Positions 18,514 to 28,829 of a DNA stretch of 64,000 bases are shown here, in pieces. The stretch is from a virus. The notes beneath the pieces are model-generated. The model was not told where the DNA came from, did not search any database, and saw only the letters and a list, made by a program, of their open reading frames with translations. The translations under genes and the position numbers were made by a program. Position 1 is the first letter of the stretch, and the number at the start of each line of letters is the position of its first letter. The stretch is from positions 13,358 through 77,357 of the IMG/VR virus record IMGVR_UViG_3300021437_000010; one strand, written 5' to 3'.

Positions 18514-18711
18514 CTGGTGTATGCCTTTCGAGTACTACTGTTTGTTTTGAATTGATGGCACTACAGCGGATCAAATAGATAGAAGTATTGTAGCAAAAAA
18601 AATATAGGCATATCAAGAATCAATTCGCGATGTTTTGACGGGCCACGCTGGACACGATGCTCCCGGTGCAACGCTCTCTTATGCGCAATATCATACGGTT
18701 TTATCTCCTGG

Positions 18712-18750
18712 TGCATCTCAAATCTAAGGATATTTCTCTAAGGAAATTTC
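18712..18750 (+). promoter_or_regulatory. operator-like repeat, copy A
   Basis: 29-mer TGCATCTCAAATCTAAGGATATTTCTCTA is identical to the reverse complement of 29091-29119 and similar to 34590-34625. Confidence 0.75.
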
Positions 18751-18755
18751 ACGTA

Positions 18756-18784
18756 TTGACAGCCACCAAGAGCATTATTATAAT
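18756..18784 (+). promoter_or_regulatory. consensus sigma70-type promoter
   Basis: TTGACA-17 bp-TATAAT, perfect consensus. Confidence 0.85.
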
Positions 18785-18835
18785 ATAGTCAGATATAAGC
18801 ATACATACCCAGTAGACATAACAACCGAACCGGAG

Positions 18836-19048
18836 GTGACAATGAGAACCGACAACCCCGCTGCCAGACAACTCAACCAATCGATCAGCATACCACCAGA
18901 TGTGTACAAAAAGGTGGCTGCAATCGCAAAAGAGCAAGAACGCTCGTTCTCTTTTATTGTAGTCAAAATGGTGAAAGAGGGACTAGAGCGTCGAGAGCAG
19001 GATAGTGCATCCCAGGATGCGAGTAAGCAATTAGGAGGAGAGATATAG
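18836..19048 (+). CDS. ribbon-helix-helix (Arc/CopG-like) regulator
   Basis: QSISIPPDVYKKVAAIAKEQERSFSFIVVKMV; GGAGG RBS. Confidence 0.75.
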   Translation: MTMRTDNPAARQLNQSISIPPDVYKKVAAIAKEQERSFSFIVVKMVKEGLERREQDSASQDASKQLGGEI

Positions 19049-19050
19049 CC

Positions 19051-19722
19051 ATGTTTACAGCACTAGATCAAGATTTGTTAACGAAACATGTAGAGCGTGC
19101 AATATTCGAGGTTTTTTGTCGTGAGAACATTAATCTTGTCCTTCAAGCAATGAACCCGCCCGTATCGACAAAACTAGAAGTCTACAACTCAAAAAAGGAG
19201 AAGATGGAAACAATTCTTGCACAGAGCATAAACAACAATGCCTTGCAGGAGAAATTCTATGCAGAAGATGGTGCTGATCTTGATAGAGGTTCATTGGATA
19301 ATATTGAGGAGAAGGCGCTGAGATATGCGAATTTCCTTATATACAAGCACAAACAGAAATACCAATTTATCAAGTACACCAACGAGATAGAATGGTTTGG
19401 CCTTGTGACAGGTGTTTCACAGTTGATGAAATCTGCTGAGTGGAGACATCAGGAAAATAGATACAAAGACCATGAAGCGTGCTTAAGATTTGAAAGAATA
19501 AGAGTTCGACGTGAGGAGAATGTTGCCTTCGCGAAGGGCTGGGGACACGCTAAAAAGCATCCTGACGAGGACTCCAAAGAGCAGCTCGCTTCAGTTTGGC
19601 AGGAAGGCCACAAACGAGTGAGCGATACCTTCTTTCTTCCGTACGAAAAAGAGCTAGAGCAACTTCCCCCAGGTGTAGTACATCCACTAGCATGGTTAAC
19701 CGCACGTGCAGGAGGGAGATAG
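19051..19722 (+). CDS. hypothetical protein
   Basis: 223-aa ORF in operon with AGGAG RBS. Confidence 0.6.
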   Translation: MFTALDQDLLTKHVERAIFEVFCRENINLVLQAMNPPVSTKLEVYNSKKEKMETILAQSINNNALQEKFYAEDGADLDRGSLDNIEEKALRYANFLIYKHKQKYQFIKYTNEIEWFGLVTGVSQLMKSAEWRHQENRYKDHEACLRFERIRVRREENVAFAKGWGHAKKHPDEDSKEQLASVWQEGHKRVSDTFFLPYEKELEQLPPGVVHPLAWLTARAGGR

Positions 19723-19727
19723 CTGAT

Positions 19728-20849
19728 ATGTCAAACGAATTAGTGCAAACTGGGTTCTTTGATCTTGGGCCAGCTAGTAATGAGTCTGATGAGATCACCA
19801 TTGACGCCACATGGGCAAGCCTTCCCGATGAAGAGTTTGATCAAGCTGCTACAACTTTTCATGAGCAGCTTGATCAGCAAGAGAATGTCCTGAAGATGAT
19901 GACAAGTGAAGTTATACGTAGGAAGGGGGAATTATACATAGCCTACAAGGCAAAACAAGGTCATGGTAATTTTATAAATTGGCTGGGAAGGATTGGAGTT
20001 TCTCAAACTACAGCTAAAGATCATATGCAAATCGTAAGAGAATTAGGAAATACACTCTTAAATCGCCGACGCGTCGGCGATTTGGGTTTTCGGCAGTGGA
20101 TTGGAATAGCCCGATCCCCAGAGCGTGACCAGATTGTCACAAAGATAGAGGCTGGCGTCATTGAACCTACTCCCAAAGCCGTCAATGCTGAAATAGAAGC
20201 AGCTAAGCAGAGAGAAATGGAAGCAAAACGCGCAGCTGTTGATGCAGTCAAGGCAAAGAGAAAGGCAGAAGAAGAAGCAGCAACTGCTCAGCAGCAACTT
20301 GGCATCTTCCAATCTCACTCTCAGTTAGCTCAAAGCAAGATAGATGAGCTAAATAAACAAATTACAGATCTAGTGAAACAAATCAAGACTATTGAGACGC
20401 CTGAAAGGGTAGAAGTTATCCCACAGGAAACCAAAGAGAAAATAGCAAGTTTGGAAGCTCAGGTCAAAACTATTGCTGAGCAGAAAGGGATGCTCTACCA
20501 AGAAACAGAGAAACTGACTGCTGAGTTGAGAAAGCAACGGGACGCAAACGAATCTAGACGCAAGCAAGAGCAATATGAATTTGAGATCAAGAGCGGATGG
20601 AAGAAAGCAACTGAGGCACTCTACAAAGCTCTATCCCAGTTCATTGGTCAGATACCGTCTCCCATCGCTACCCAGGTTTTTGAGGGTGATGAATGGGGAC
20701 GCTATGACCAGATTGAACAGGCACTCAAGCATTTCTATGAGGCTTTTGCTGGCATAAAGACCACAAAGTATAGTAATCAGTTTGTAGAGTCTGCTGTTGT
20801 CGTTTCACCTACAATTGTGGAGGAATACAGTAATGGCACTTCGCGCTAA
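19728..20849 (+). CDS. DUF3102-like domain plus coiled-coil protein
   Basis: KQGHGNFINWL..IGVSQTTAKDHMQ resembles DUF3102; long heptad region; start set to MSNEL. Confidence 0.55.
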   Translation: MSNELVQTGFFDLGPASNESDEITIDATWASLPDEEFDQAATTFHEQLDQQENVLKMMTSEVIRRKGELYIAYKAKQGHGNFINWLGRIGVSQTTAKDHMQIVRELGNTLLNRRRVGDLGFRQWIGIARSPERDQIVTKIEAGVIEPTPKAVNAEIEAAKQREMEAKRAAVDAVKAKRKAEEEAATAQQQLGIFQSHSQLAQSKIDELNKQITDLVKQIKTIETPERVEVIPQETKEKIASLEAQVKTIAEQKGMLYQETEKLTAELRKQRDANESRRKQEQYEFEIKSGWKKATEALYKALSQFIGQIPSPIATQVFEGDEWGRYDQIEQALKHFYEAFAGIKTTKYSNQFVESAVVVSPTIVEEYSNGTSR

Positions 20850-21228
20850 TCTGGTATTCTACAACGGAAACTGGTATCACCCCAGTTTCTTCAAACGAGG
20901 TCCTTACTGCATTAAACGTGCAAAGTACACATGTCAACATTGCGGTAAAAAGCGAGGTGAAGAATACGTAGCGGATACGGGCCGTACCGACAAAGTTGTC
21001 ATCCAAGCAGCTCACTTGGATCATGATCCTGAGAACCCGCGTGCAAGGCTCATGGCTTTATGCAAGCAGTGTCATATGCGCTATGATGGTCCTATGCACA
21101 GTAGAAAGGGACTTCAAACAAAGAGGCGCAAAATACGAGAAGAAGCCATGCAAGCAGGACAGCTAGAGCTGCCACTGAAGTACAAAAAGCCACGAAAGAG
21201 AAAAGTAGATGTACACTCCATGCCTTAG
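20833..21228 (+). CDS. HNH-like endonuclease
   Basis: CQHC, AAHLDHDPEN and LMALCKQCHMRYD. Confidence 0.7.
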   Translation: MALRANLVFYNGNWYHPSFFKRGPYCIKRAKYTCQHCGKKRGEEYVADTGRTDKVVIQAAHLDHDPENPRARLMALCKQCHMRYDGPMHSRKGLQTKRRKIREEAMQAGQLELPLKYKKPRKRKVDVHSMP

Positions 21229-21424
21229 TATTCTCAGTCTCCTCAAGGATTTTGAGGGAAAAGTTTCTCTTGATTTTTTAGTGAGTCGAACGAGTATAAA
21301 GCGTGCTGATCTAGAGAAATCTCTTGAGGACTTGGAGAATGAAGGCGTCATTCTTCGTGAGGATGACGCAATTCAACTTGTGAAGAATACGAAGCAGCAC
21401 GACAATAGCGCTGTTCGGCACTGA
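21209..21424 (+). CDS. small winged-helix protein
   Basis: wHTH-like LVSRTSIKRADLEKSLEDLENEGVI. Confidence 0.5.
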   Translation: MYTPCLSILSLLKDFEGKVSLDFLVSRTSIKRADLEKSLEDLENEGVILREDDAIQLVKNTKQHDNSAVRH

Positions 21425-22009
21425 GAAGACCGCCATATCCAGTACTGCTTGGTGAACTGCTGATTAGCTGTTCAGTCTGTCAAGGGCTCTATGATGGTGC
21501 ACATTGCCGATTGGACAGAATTGGGTTAAGATACGGGGAAAGTAGCAGGAGGAACGAACCATTGAAGATATTTTCAGTTAGCGTAATTATAAGCCATAAC
21601 TGTATGCACTACCCGTTTTCGTTATTTGACCCAAACCTGCACATTGCTTGCAAGATGCCATAGAGGCTAGCAAAAAGCACTTCACGCAATTGAGCGAACG
21701 AAGTGCTTTTAGTGTGGTGTGTGACTCAAGCGAGATACGCCCCATTGCTTAGCAAAAATTATTTCAATCCCAGTCGGGCTTCGGTGGAACCTGGCAATCA
21801 GTGACGAGGCCAGGTCCCGTAAGGATCCAAGATATGCCCATGATATCATCCGGCAAGAATGATTGTCAAGCTCGTCACGTGTACAAAAAGTAACGCCTAA
21901 GAAGTCAAAAAAAGCGAAGAAGAGTAAGTAGCATGTAGTGTAGGAAGGAAGAGTAAAATGGTATCTACTCTCCCTGATTTTGTAGCTCAATTGGTTGGTC
22001 GTAAGGTTG

Positions 22010-22651
22010 CTACCCACAATCAGTATAGCAGAAGTGCTCAATGGCATCAACGCCTTCTCTCGCCTCTGCTAGCAACTTATTGGCGTACTCTTCATCGGAG
22101 AGCACAACCTCATTACGTGGCCTGTCCCATGGCATTCCATGGTCGAGAGGCTCGTCGGGCACATAGCCCAGATCGTCCTTCAACCAATCAGGCAGAGGCC
22201 CTTCTCGATAATATGCGCTCTTCACGCCATGCTTACGGATCAACCAGTCTTTCTTAAAATCTTTATATCCACTTGAGGCATAGTCAGAGATATAATCCTC
22301 TAACCATGCCAAGTAACGCTTCCTCTCCTCTTTCTGTTGCTGTTGATTTGCCTGCTCAGCAGCAAATTTAGCCCTTCTGATCCTCTCCCTCCTCGCATCT
22401 TCCTCCTCCTTTTCTTTATTAACGATGAGAGGAAGAAATGGATCGACGTACTCGTCGTATTCCTCTGTGGAAACGAGGAGAGCATTGTAGTGCTTCATCA
22501 GATGCTCTTCCACCTGAAATGACAAGCAGGATATTGTCGCCCGATTGCAGACAAGCCCTGCCTCGTCGAAGATCTCAATGGCGCAATCGGCCACTGAAAA
22601 TGGCCGATTTTTGCTTTCAATAATCTTTGCAATGATAATTGCATCTGACAT
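22010..22651 (-). CDS. hypothetical protein
   Basis: 213-aa ORF with AGAAAGG RBS. Confidence 0.55.
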   Translation of the reverse strand: MSDAIIIAKIIESKNRPFSVADCAIEIFDEAGLVCNRATISCLSFQVEEHLMKHYNALLVSTEEYDEYVDPFLPLIVNKEKEEEDARRERIRRAKFAAEQANQQQQKEERKRYLAWLEDYISDYASSGYKDFKKDWLIRKHGVKSAYYREGPLPDWLKDDLGYVPDEPLDHGMPWDRPRNEVVLSDEEYANKLLAEAREGVDAIEHFCYTDCG

Positions 22652-23019
22652 CTTGTTTTGCCTTTCTGGGGAGAGTTCAATGCCCTCCCCGTCCTTTCTT
22701 TGACTTACAAAGACTTCAATAAACTCAAAAGCTCACTTTGAGCTTCCCTTATCTTATCAATGACCTCCTGTGTTTTTCTGACATCATCCTGAGTAACGTT
22801 TAAACCTCCATCAAACATATTGGTAAGTAAGCTGCATGTACTGTTTATTTTCTCATTTGCAAACTGAATAAGAGCGAGTTTGTCAACTGTGTGTGCCTTC
22901 TTATTTCTCCTTGGGGAGGCTCCTCCCCATCCTTTCTTTCTGTGCTATGATGACTTTGGATCAACTTCGCTCGCTGCTGCAGTGCTTGGCTGTCAGTAGC
23001 GGGCCTCTTTCGCGATGAA

Positions 23020-23547
23020 CTACCTCAGAATGCTAAACGGCTTGGAGCCGAATGATCCGCGCTGGCCGAGGTCCTCTGTGCGCTTGCGCGACTTGATTTC
23101 ACGACATTCCGCAACCAGATTGCGCTTGCCTTCTGCTTTACGTGAGATATATCCTACAAGGTCAAATCTTTCTTTCCTCTCATTTGAGAGAGATACAACA
23201 TTGTACTTTGGTTTCTCATCATCACGAACAAGTTCTCCCGTGTCAGACCAGACATAACAACAGCGTTCGTGGTTCCAAGTGGGCTTGTGCTCTACAACCA
23301 CTGGTGCAGGCGTTTCTCCTTGCATTGCCTGCTCCCACTCATTCCAGTTGCTGTTGCCTTGCGCTACAGGAGCCGCAACCATCTCACGACGCTCTAGCTC
23401 AAAGCGAGCATCATAGCTGGCCCAGCGGTTTTTGAGTGCTAGGACTCGCTCGTGTGAGATGAGCCACTTAAGGTACTTATCATCACACGAGCTAATCTCT
23501 TTTCCCTTATATTTCTTCCCGAAATTGATGATCATATTGTTCGCCAT
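23020..23547 (-). CDS. protein with N-terminal DUF3820/ExoX-C-like motif
   Basis: NFGKKYKGKEI....KYLKWL pattern. Confidence 0.55.
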   Translation of the reverse strand: MANNMIINFGKKYKGKEISSCDDKYLKWLISHERVLALKNRWASYDARFELERREMVAAPVAQGNSNWNEWEQAMQGETPAPVVVEHKPTWNHERCCYVWSDTGELVRDDEKPKYNVVSLSNERKERFDLVGYISRKAEGKRNLVAECREIKSRKRTEDLGQRGSFGSKPFSILR

Positions 23548-23728
23548 TTCAATGCTCTCTTTCCGCTAGTTGTTCTTCAGCGGGCCGTTGCCTCGCTGCT
23601 TCTATATAGATTATAAACCCTTGTCGGGTTATTGTCAAGGGTTTATCAGAGCGAATTTGACAAATTTCCCGTTTCGGGTTATACTCATAATAACCCGACA
23701 AGGATACATAAAGGAAAGGAGAGAACTT

Positions 23729-23989
23729 GTGGACGAAAACATAAATCTGTCTGAGTGGTACAACCCCACTGAAGCAGCTCTTGTTATTAGTAAAAATAGT
23801 GGCAAAGTGATCAAATCTGAATACGTTAGGAAACTTGCCCAATATGGCAAAATCAGGAAGATAAAGATTAGCAATCGGGCAAGTCTTTATTGGAAATCCG
23901 ACGTTGATCACTACCTTGTGGAGGAACGAGGAGTACGATCTGGTAAAGCTGCAAAGAAGAGAGCTGCGAAACTAAAAGAAGTCGCTTAG
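23729..23989 (+). CDS. HTH (excisionase/MerR-like) DNA-binding protein
   Basis: WYNPTEAALVIS..YVRKLAQYGKI..LYWKSDV; GTG start after AGGAGAG. Confidence 0.6.
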   Translation: MDENINLSEWYNPTEAALVISKNSGKVIKSEYVRKLAQYGKIRKIKISNRASLYWKSDVDHYLVEERGVRSGKAAKKRAAKLKEVA

Positions 23990-24095
23990 CCAGACTTGGC
24001 GGTTCATCGCCGTAGGAAGCATCGCCGCCAAGTCCTAGACCCTGTTTGCACGCCTTTGGAGACGTGCTCAATTTGATAAGGAAAGGAACCCTATC

Positions 24096-24695
24096 ATGTT
24101 TGACAGTGTATCACAATCATTGGTTGCCATTGAAAACAATGTACCACTTGCTGATAGCCGCATCGTGGCTGAGAAACCTGATATTCAGCACGGCCCATTC
24201 ATGACAAACACCGTTCTGAAATATCAGGGACAGGTCGAAGCAAAGTGCGGACTAATCCATTTTGAAAATGGAGCAGTGAAAACTGCAACTAGTCGGAGTA
24301 CGAAATATCAAAGATATGCTCGTCTCACTGAATTGCAGACAAATGCATATCTTGGGCTGGTGAAAAACACACCACAGTCTGTTGAACTCAAAATCGACTT
24401 GGCAGTAGCTTTTGATGAGGCAAAGAGGATTATTGCTAACTTACAAGTAACCGACAATCAGCTCCAAGACGTTTTTGAAACTCTCAGAGACGCAAAACTG
24501 CTTCGAAGCACAATCGAAGACCTGGAAGATAAAGCGCTCAGTCTTCGCAAAACACTACAGTTTCTAAAAATTGGAGAGGAGATGATGTTCCCAGGTCAAT
24601 CTAAGACGCGTGGTAAGCGCACGGCATTCCCTGTAAAACTGATCAAAACAAAATCAGGCAACTTTGTAGCACAGTATCTACTATTGTTTGAATAG
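24096..24695 (+). CDS. Rha family phage regulatory protein
   Basis: PLADSRIVAE, YARLTELQTNAYL and KIDLAVAFDEA. Confidence 0.7.
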   Translation: MFDSVSQSLVAIENNVPLADSRIVAEKPDIQHGPFMTNTVLKYQGQVEAKCGLIHFENGAVKTATSRSTKYQRYARLTELQTNAYLGLVKNTPQSVELKIDLAVAFDEAKRIIANLQVTDNQLQDVFETLRDAKLLRSTIEDLEDKALSLRKTLQFLKIGEEMMFPGQSKTRGKRTAFPVKLIKTKSGNFVAQYLLLFE

Positions 24696-24970
24696 TCTGC
24701 TTGGCTCAAGTTGCACAATCGGACATCCTGTGCAGTAGCATCCTCTATTCTTATTATATCTCCCTCATATATCATTTTGCCATTGCAGTCTTTGAGACCT
24801 ACGTATTGCATGATCTCTACATTGTCAGGATAACCCGTGTAGAAATCATCATGAAAATCATCCCCAAAAATCATCTTTGCTGCTTCAGAAGAATAAACTA
24901 TGCCCTGATAAGGAAGATCTATCATAGCCTTCCTATCTCTATCCCAAACTCGGAAACTTATATCTCTCAT
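24596..24970 (-). CDS. YopX family protein
   Basis: MRDISFRVWD and IMQYVGLKDCNGKMIYEGDII. Confidence 0.8.
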   Translation of the reverse strand: MRDISFRVWDRDRKAMIDLPYQGIVYSSEAAKMIFGDDFHDDFYTGYPDNVEIMQYVGLKDCNGKMIYEGDIIRIEDATAQDVRLCNLSQADYSNNSRYCATKLPDFVLISFTGNAVRLPRVLD

Positions 24971-25194
24971 GGTCGCTCCTCTTCTTCCGGCGTTGTGACT
25001 GCTCTGCCAATAGCGAGAAACTTTCCACCCAGCGTCTCTACCTCCTGTAGTCGTCTGAGCAGCTCCACAGCATCGTGAAACGCTCCCGCTATCGATTGGT
25101 GTCTGTCGTTCGCTACGCTTCTCAGTGCGTCGTAGGTGCTCTGTGCGATGTCAATGCGTGTGCGTTTACGCTTCTCAGCTAGGATCTGTTTCAT
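24967..25194 (-). CDS. ribbon-helix-helix protein
   Basis: RTRIDIAQSTYDALRSVA. Confidence 0.55.
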   Translation of the reverse strand: MKQILAEKRKRTRIDIAQSTYDALRSVANDRHQSIAGAFHDAVELLRRLQEVETLGGKFLAIGRAVTTPEEEERP

Positions 25195-25414
25195 TCTTCT
25201 TCTCCGCTTGTATTGCCATTATGCTAGTTTGCACTGATATCAAATTTAGCGTCTTGTTTAGCTGGTCGAGATTGTCAACTATTTTTAGCAGCAAATAGTT
25301 CTGTGTGACTGCTTGGTACTCCTCCATTGATATACCGTTAATCTCCAGAACTGCTTTCATCTCGTGCTCAATGCCTATTCTGAGATTATCGATTAACTCT
25401 AGTCTTGTGTCCAT
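25175..25414 (-). CDS. hypothetical protein
   Basis: 79-aa ORF with overlapping start/stop coupling. Confidence 0.5.
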   Translation of the reverse strand: MDTRLELIDNLRIGIEHEMKAVLEINGISMEEYQAVTQNYLLLKIVDNLDQLNKTLNLISVQTSIMAIQAEKKNETDPS

Positions 25415-25818
25415 TTTGTTTCCTCCTCGTTTTGCGCTATGTCCTGTGGTGTCCTATACCCTTGCAAGTACACCATAACTCTTTTCTCTGCCAACAAAAA
25501 GCCGTGCTTGCGATGATGGGCACAGGCTCGACAACAAGGTGCCGTATTGTCATATGTAAGACCACGTGCAGGATCTACCATCTCTATCATGCTGTATGTG
25601 TATTCCTGGCACCAAGCGCACAGGCCCTTAAAATCCGATATAACCGATATCCATTCGCGAAGTGTCAATGTGGCTGTCAATCCGCTTTTACGCGCCTTAT
25701 GCAATGCCGTTTCCACACGGTCAAGCTCACGCGCCGAATCACGTGTAAGACAGGTTGGACAGAGCCCGTACGCGTGACGCGCTGAGAAGTCAGTGCCGCA
25801 TATTACACAAGTACTCAT
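25399..25818 (-). CDS. Zn-finger / degenerate HNH-like protein
   Basis: CVIC, CPTC, CAWC and CCRAC; GLTYDNTAPCCRAC resembles an HNH tail. Confidence 0.5.
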   Translation of the reverse strand: MSTCVICGTDFSARHAYGLCPTCLTRDSARELDRVETALHKARKSGLTATLTLREWISVISDFKGLCAWCQEYTYSMIEMVDPARGLTYDNTAPCCRACAHHRKHGFLLAEKRVMVYLQGYRTPQDIAQNEEETKWTQD

Positions 25819-25820
25819 GC

Positions 25821-26261
25821 TTATATGCTCTCTTCCATAGGTAAGATGTTATTCAGTATGCCTATGATGTTTTTAGTTAAAACCATACTTCTAAGGCGGT
25901 ACAAGCGGGAAACGTATTCTTTTTCTGTGAGCATTTCGCCTTCGTAGAAGTGACCACGAGCACAATCATTCACAGGTAAGGCGCGAAAAGCCCATATATC
26001 AGGCCAATAGGATACGATGAGAAATGGAAGTGGTCCCTCATTATATCCATCTGCTAATAAAGCTATTGCTCTGTATGATGGATGCTTTAGATCAGGGTCT
26101 TGAGCAGTAAAACGCTTATAATCTACGATTAATACTGGTTTGCCTATGTTATACTCAACTCCTAAGAAATCAATATCAACACAAGGGCAGTTAAATCCCC
26201 ACTCACGATGTCGGTTGCTCAGCTCCTTATCACGCCAGTTGGTACGCTCGTAACTAGTCAT
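25821..26261 (-). CDS. possible PD-(D/E)XK-fold protein
   Basis: DIDFLGVEY..PVLIVDYK. Confidence 0.45.
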   Translation of the reverse strand: MTSYERTNWRDKELSNRHREWGFNCPCVDIDFLGVEYNIGKPVLIVDYKRFTAQDPDLKHPSYRAIALLADGYNEGPLPFLIVSYWPDIWAFRALPVNDCARGHFYEGEMLTEKEYVSRLYRLRSMVLTKNIIGILNNILPMEESI

Positions 26262-27603
26262 CTATGGATACCCCCAAACTCTGCTTCACTTTTTCCGAAC
26301 TGGCCTTAACACACGTCTCATCAATATCACATCCAACAAATCTACGTTCCATCTCGATGGATACCATACAGGTGGCTCCTCCACCAACGAATGGATCGCA
26401 GATAAGTTGATTCGTCTTGGTAAAGCGCCTAATGATATCTGCCATACCGCTTTCAGACTGTCCCCACTCGTGTTTGCTTTTATCGTTTTGATTGACGTCA
26501 CTCTTGCAAACATCGCCTATCCATTCACCCGTATACTCGCCTTTGACATACCAGAGAAGAGGTTTCCAGAAGGAATTGACGTTCCTTTCCCAAAGCTGAG
26601 GCGATTGACCACCAGGGGTCAAGTATGCACACATCCATTGATACGCTAAACCAGTGGAGGCTAATCTTTCCATGATCTCTTGTATATATGATTGCCCTGT
26701 CATCACTACAAGAGAGCCACCTGGCTTTAATGAATACTGAGCAAACTGTGCCAGATCGCTATAAACAGAGAGGTATTCTCGTGGATAGGGTGGATCACAG
26801 ATAATACAATCGATGCTTTCAGATTTCACATGTTGCGATAGGTCTGCTACTGAACAATGATAGAGGGTGCAATGTTCCGCTTTCTTCATGGCTTCGAGAT
26901 ATCTCTGGCGTGCCTCTTCTTGCTGTCTGAGTTGTTCTTCCTCTTTTCGCTTCTGCTCCTGCTCTGCTTTCTCTTCAGCCTTGACTATTTTATCAAGCGT
27001 ATTCCAGGCTGCTGTAATGCTTTGCTCATTGAGTTGAGTGCGCAAGATATCTCCATAGCGAAATGTATCATCATGTCGTAACTCTCGATCAATCCGTTCA
27101 ACTACTGCCTTACCCTTCTCGTAAGTGACACCAGAGCCAAGACCAACACGACGGGCAATGATATTGCGAACCTCACCACCCTCCGAAAAATTTTTCGGAG
27201 GGTAACTTGTATTTCCCCTTTTTTCTCTTTCTTCTGCTTTTGCCTTCTCTATCGGTTCCCATGTCATTCCCTCCCTTATCTGCTGTTCAGGAGTCTTCCC
27301 CCGATTTTCGTTTTCCCGCAAGAGGCGTTCCATCTCAGATTCTGGCGTAGCGAATGTCTCAACTACAACGGGAATCTCTGTATAACCAAGTGCCTTAGCA
27401 GCATGGTAGCGTCTATGACCACTGATAACCACATGCTCAGGATTTACGGTAAGCGGCTTGATCCACCCAGACTCTGAGATGCTTTGCTGTAGGTCCCTGA
27501 CATCCTCATCGCCGTATATCTCGACATTGCGTGGGTGTGGCTTCAAGAGATTGATATCAATCTGCTCCACGACTACGTTTGATGGTGATATATCTACTGC
27601 CAT
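26254..27603 (-). CDS. ParB-like N-terminal domain fused to adenine/N4-cytosine DNA methyltransferase
   Basis: LKPHPRN and VISGHRRYHA (ParB); ICDPPYP (motif IV) before ICDPFVGGG (motif I), i.e. beta-class order. Confidence 0.85.
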   Translation of the reverse strand: MAVDISPSNVVVEQIDINLLKPHPRNVEIYGDEDVRDLQQSISESGWIKPLTVNPEHVVISGHRRYHAAKALGYTEIPVVVETFATPESEMERLLRENENRGKTPEQQIREGMTWEPIEKAKAEEREKRGNTSYPPKNFSEGGEVRNIIARRVGLGSGVTYEKGKAVVERIDRELRHDDTFRYGDILRTQLNEQSITAAWNTLDKIVKAEEKAEQEQKRKEEEQLRQQEEARQRYLEAMKKAEHCTLYHCSVADLSQHVKSESIDCIICDPPYPREYLSVYSDLAQFAQYSLKPGGSLVVMTGQSYIQEIMERLASTGLAYQWMCAYLTPGGQSPQLWERNVNSFWKPLLWYVKGEYTGEWIGDVCKSDVNQNDKSKHEWGQSESGMADIIRRFTKTNQLICDPFVGGGATCMVSIEMERRFVGCDIDETCVKASSEKVKQSLGVSIDD

Positions 27604-27797
27604 GCACTTATTCTCCTTCGATCTTTGCTTGCTTAAGCAACTCTTGTGCAATCACTGCTGAAAATGCTTTGTATCTGTCATGTGTAAACTCCCATGGTTT
27701 TGACAGTATTCCCCACTCTAGAGGTAAAACACCTTCAATCTGTAATTTCAAACATGTTTCATGATACAATTCAGCTAATTCTAGCGCTGTCATGCTC

Positions 27798-28193
27798 TTA
27801 CTCTCCTATCTTTTCTATTTGTTCTTTATTATCATGTGCCTTCTGACATACAGCGTAGCAATAGCCACAAACATAGAGCCCGTCATCTTGTTTTGTCACC
27901 GCGATAGAATGCTTCTCACATGCTGCATTCGTGCATAAACAGCATAAGCTCCTGATATCCTTATTACAGTTGTATCGGTAACATTTTTCAGGCTCTTGTT
28001 CTTGTGTCTGTTCTATTTGCTTTGCGAGCGTATCAATGATTACTTTTGCCTCATGCTGCATCATATGCGCAACGGCTAACAATCCTTCGTTTGTGTCTGG
28101 GTGCTCTTTCGAGTACGCTGCTAGAGCGCGAAGTATGTTGATGAACTCGTTTATACCATACAAATACTCTTCTTTGGTTGTTATCCGCATCAT
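27798..28193 (-). CDS. hypothetical protein with C-terminal Cys cluster
   Basis: 131-aa ORF. Confidence 0.5.
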   Translation of the reverse strand: MMRITTKEEYLYGINEFINILRALAAYSKEHPDTNEGLLAVAHMMQHEAKVIIDTLAKQIEQTQEQEPEKCYRYNCNKDIRSLCCLCTNAACEKHSIAVTKQDDGLYVCGYCYAVCQKAHDNKEQIEKIGE

Positions 28194-28213
28194 GTCGTTA
28201 TTCCACTAAACTG

Positions 28214-28459
28214 CTACTGAAACTGCTCATCGATCATGATAACTACCTCAAGCTTCACGCTCGGATCTGCCATCACAGCTTCAATGCGCTTTTTGACGTC
28301 TTGCGCAATAAGTTCTGGTGTATACTTCTCATCATCGTTTGCACTGCCAAATCTTGAATATGATGGTTGTCCTTGTGTGAAATACGTTTGTGGCCCGTCT
28401 GGTGATCCTCGATCTACCACTTTCGTATACCGTATGTCTGTTGTTCTAGTAAATGACAT
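28214..28459 (-). CDS. hypothetical protein
   Basis: 81-aa ORF with AAGGAG RBS. Confidence 0.5.
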   Translation of the reverse strand: MSFTRTTDIRYTKVVDRGSPDGPQTYFTQGQPSYSRFGSANDDEKYTPELIAQDVKKRIEAVMADPSVKLEVVIMIDEQFQ

Positions 28460-28471
28460 GTGTTGCTCCTT

Positions 28472-28825
28472 CTAGGGTACTATCGTTTTTTGCCACATTG
28501 AAACTCGAAAGCAGGCACGTATGCACTCAGCAAAGTCAAAATCTTCTTTTGTGCACATGGACATGCCAACAAGCATATCTGCCTTGCAATAGACATAAGA
28601 GGTGAAGTACGGGCTGTGCGGTCTGCTGATTTGTATGATGGTATCGTCAATATCGGCAAACACATAACCATATCGGCTAAGCCGTTCTTTTGCGAGTGAG
28701 TACTGATCAGAGTCTTCATCTCGTGATGCTGGCTTTACTCTATCTAGCATGAACGTTATGACAGGCTCTTGTTGTCCATTAATGATTATGCATTCTTCTT
28801 CTGCTAATGGAGACGGGAAAGACAT
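28472..28825 (-). CDS. hypothetical protein
   Basis: 117-aa ORF with AAAGGA RBS. Confidence 0.5.
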   Translation of the reverse strand: MSFPSPLAEEECIIINGQQEPVITFMLDRVKPASRDEDSDQYSLAKERLSRYGYVFADIDDTIIQISRPHSPYFTSYVYCKADMLVGMSMCTKEDFDFAECIRACFRVSMWQKTIVP

Positions 28826-28829
28826 GACA

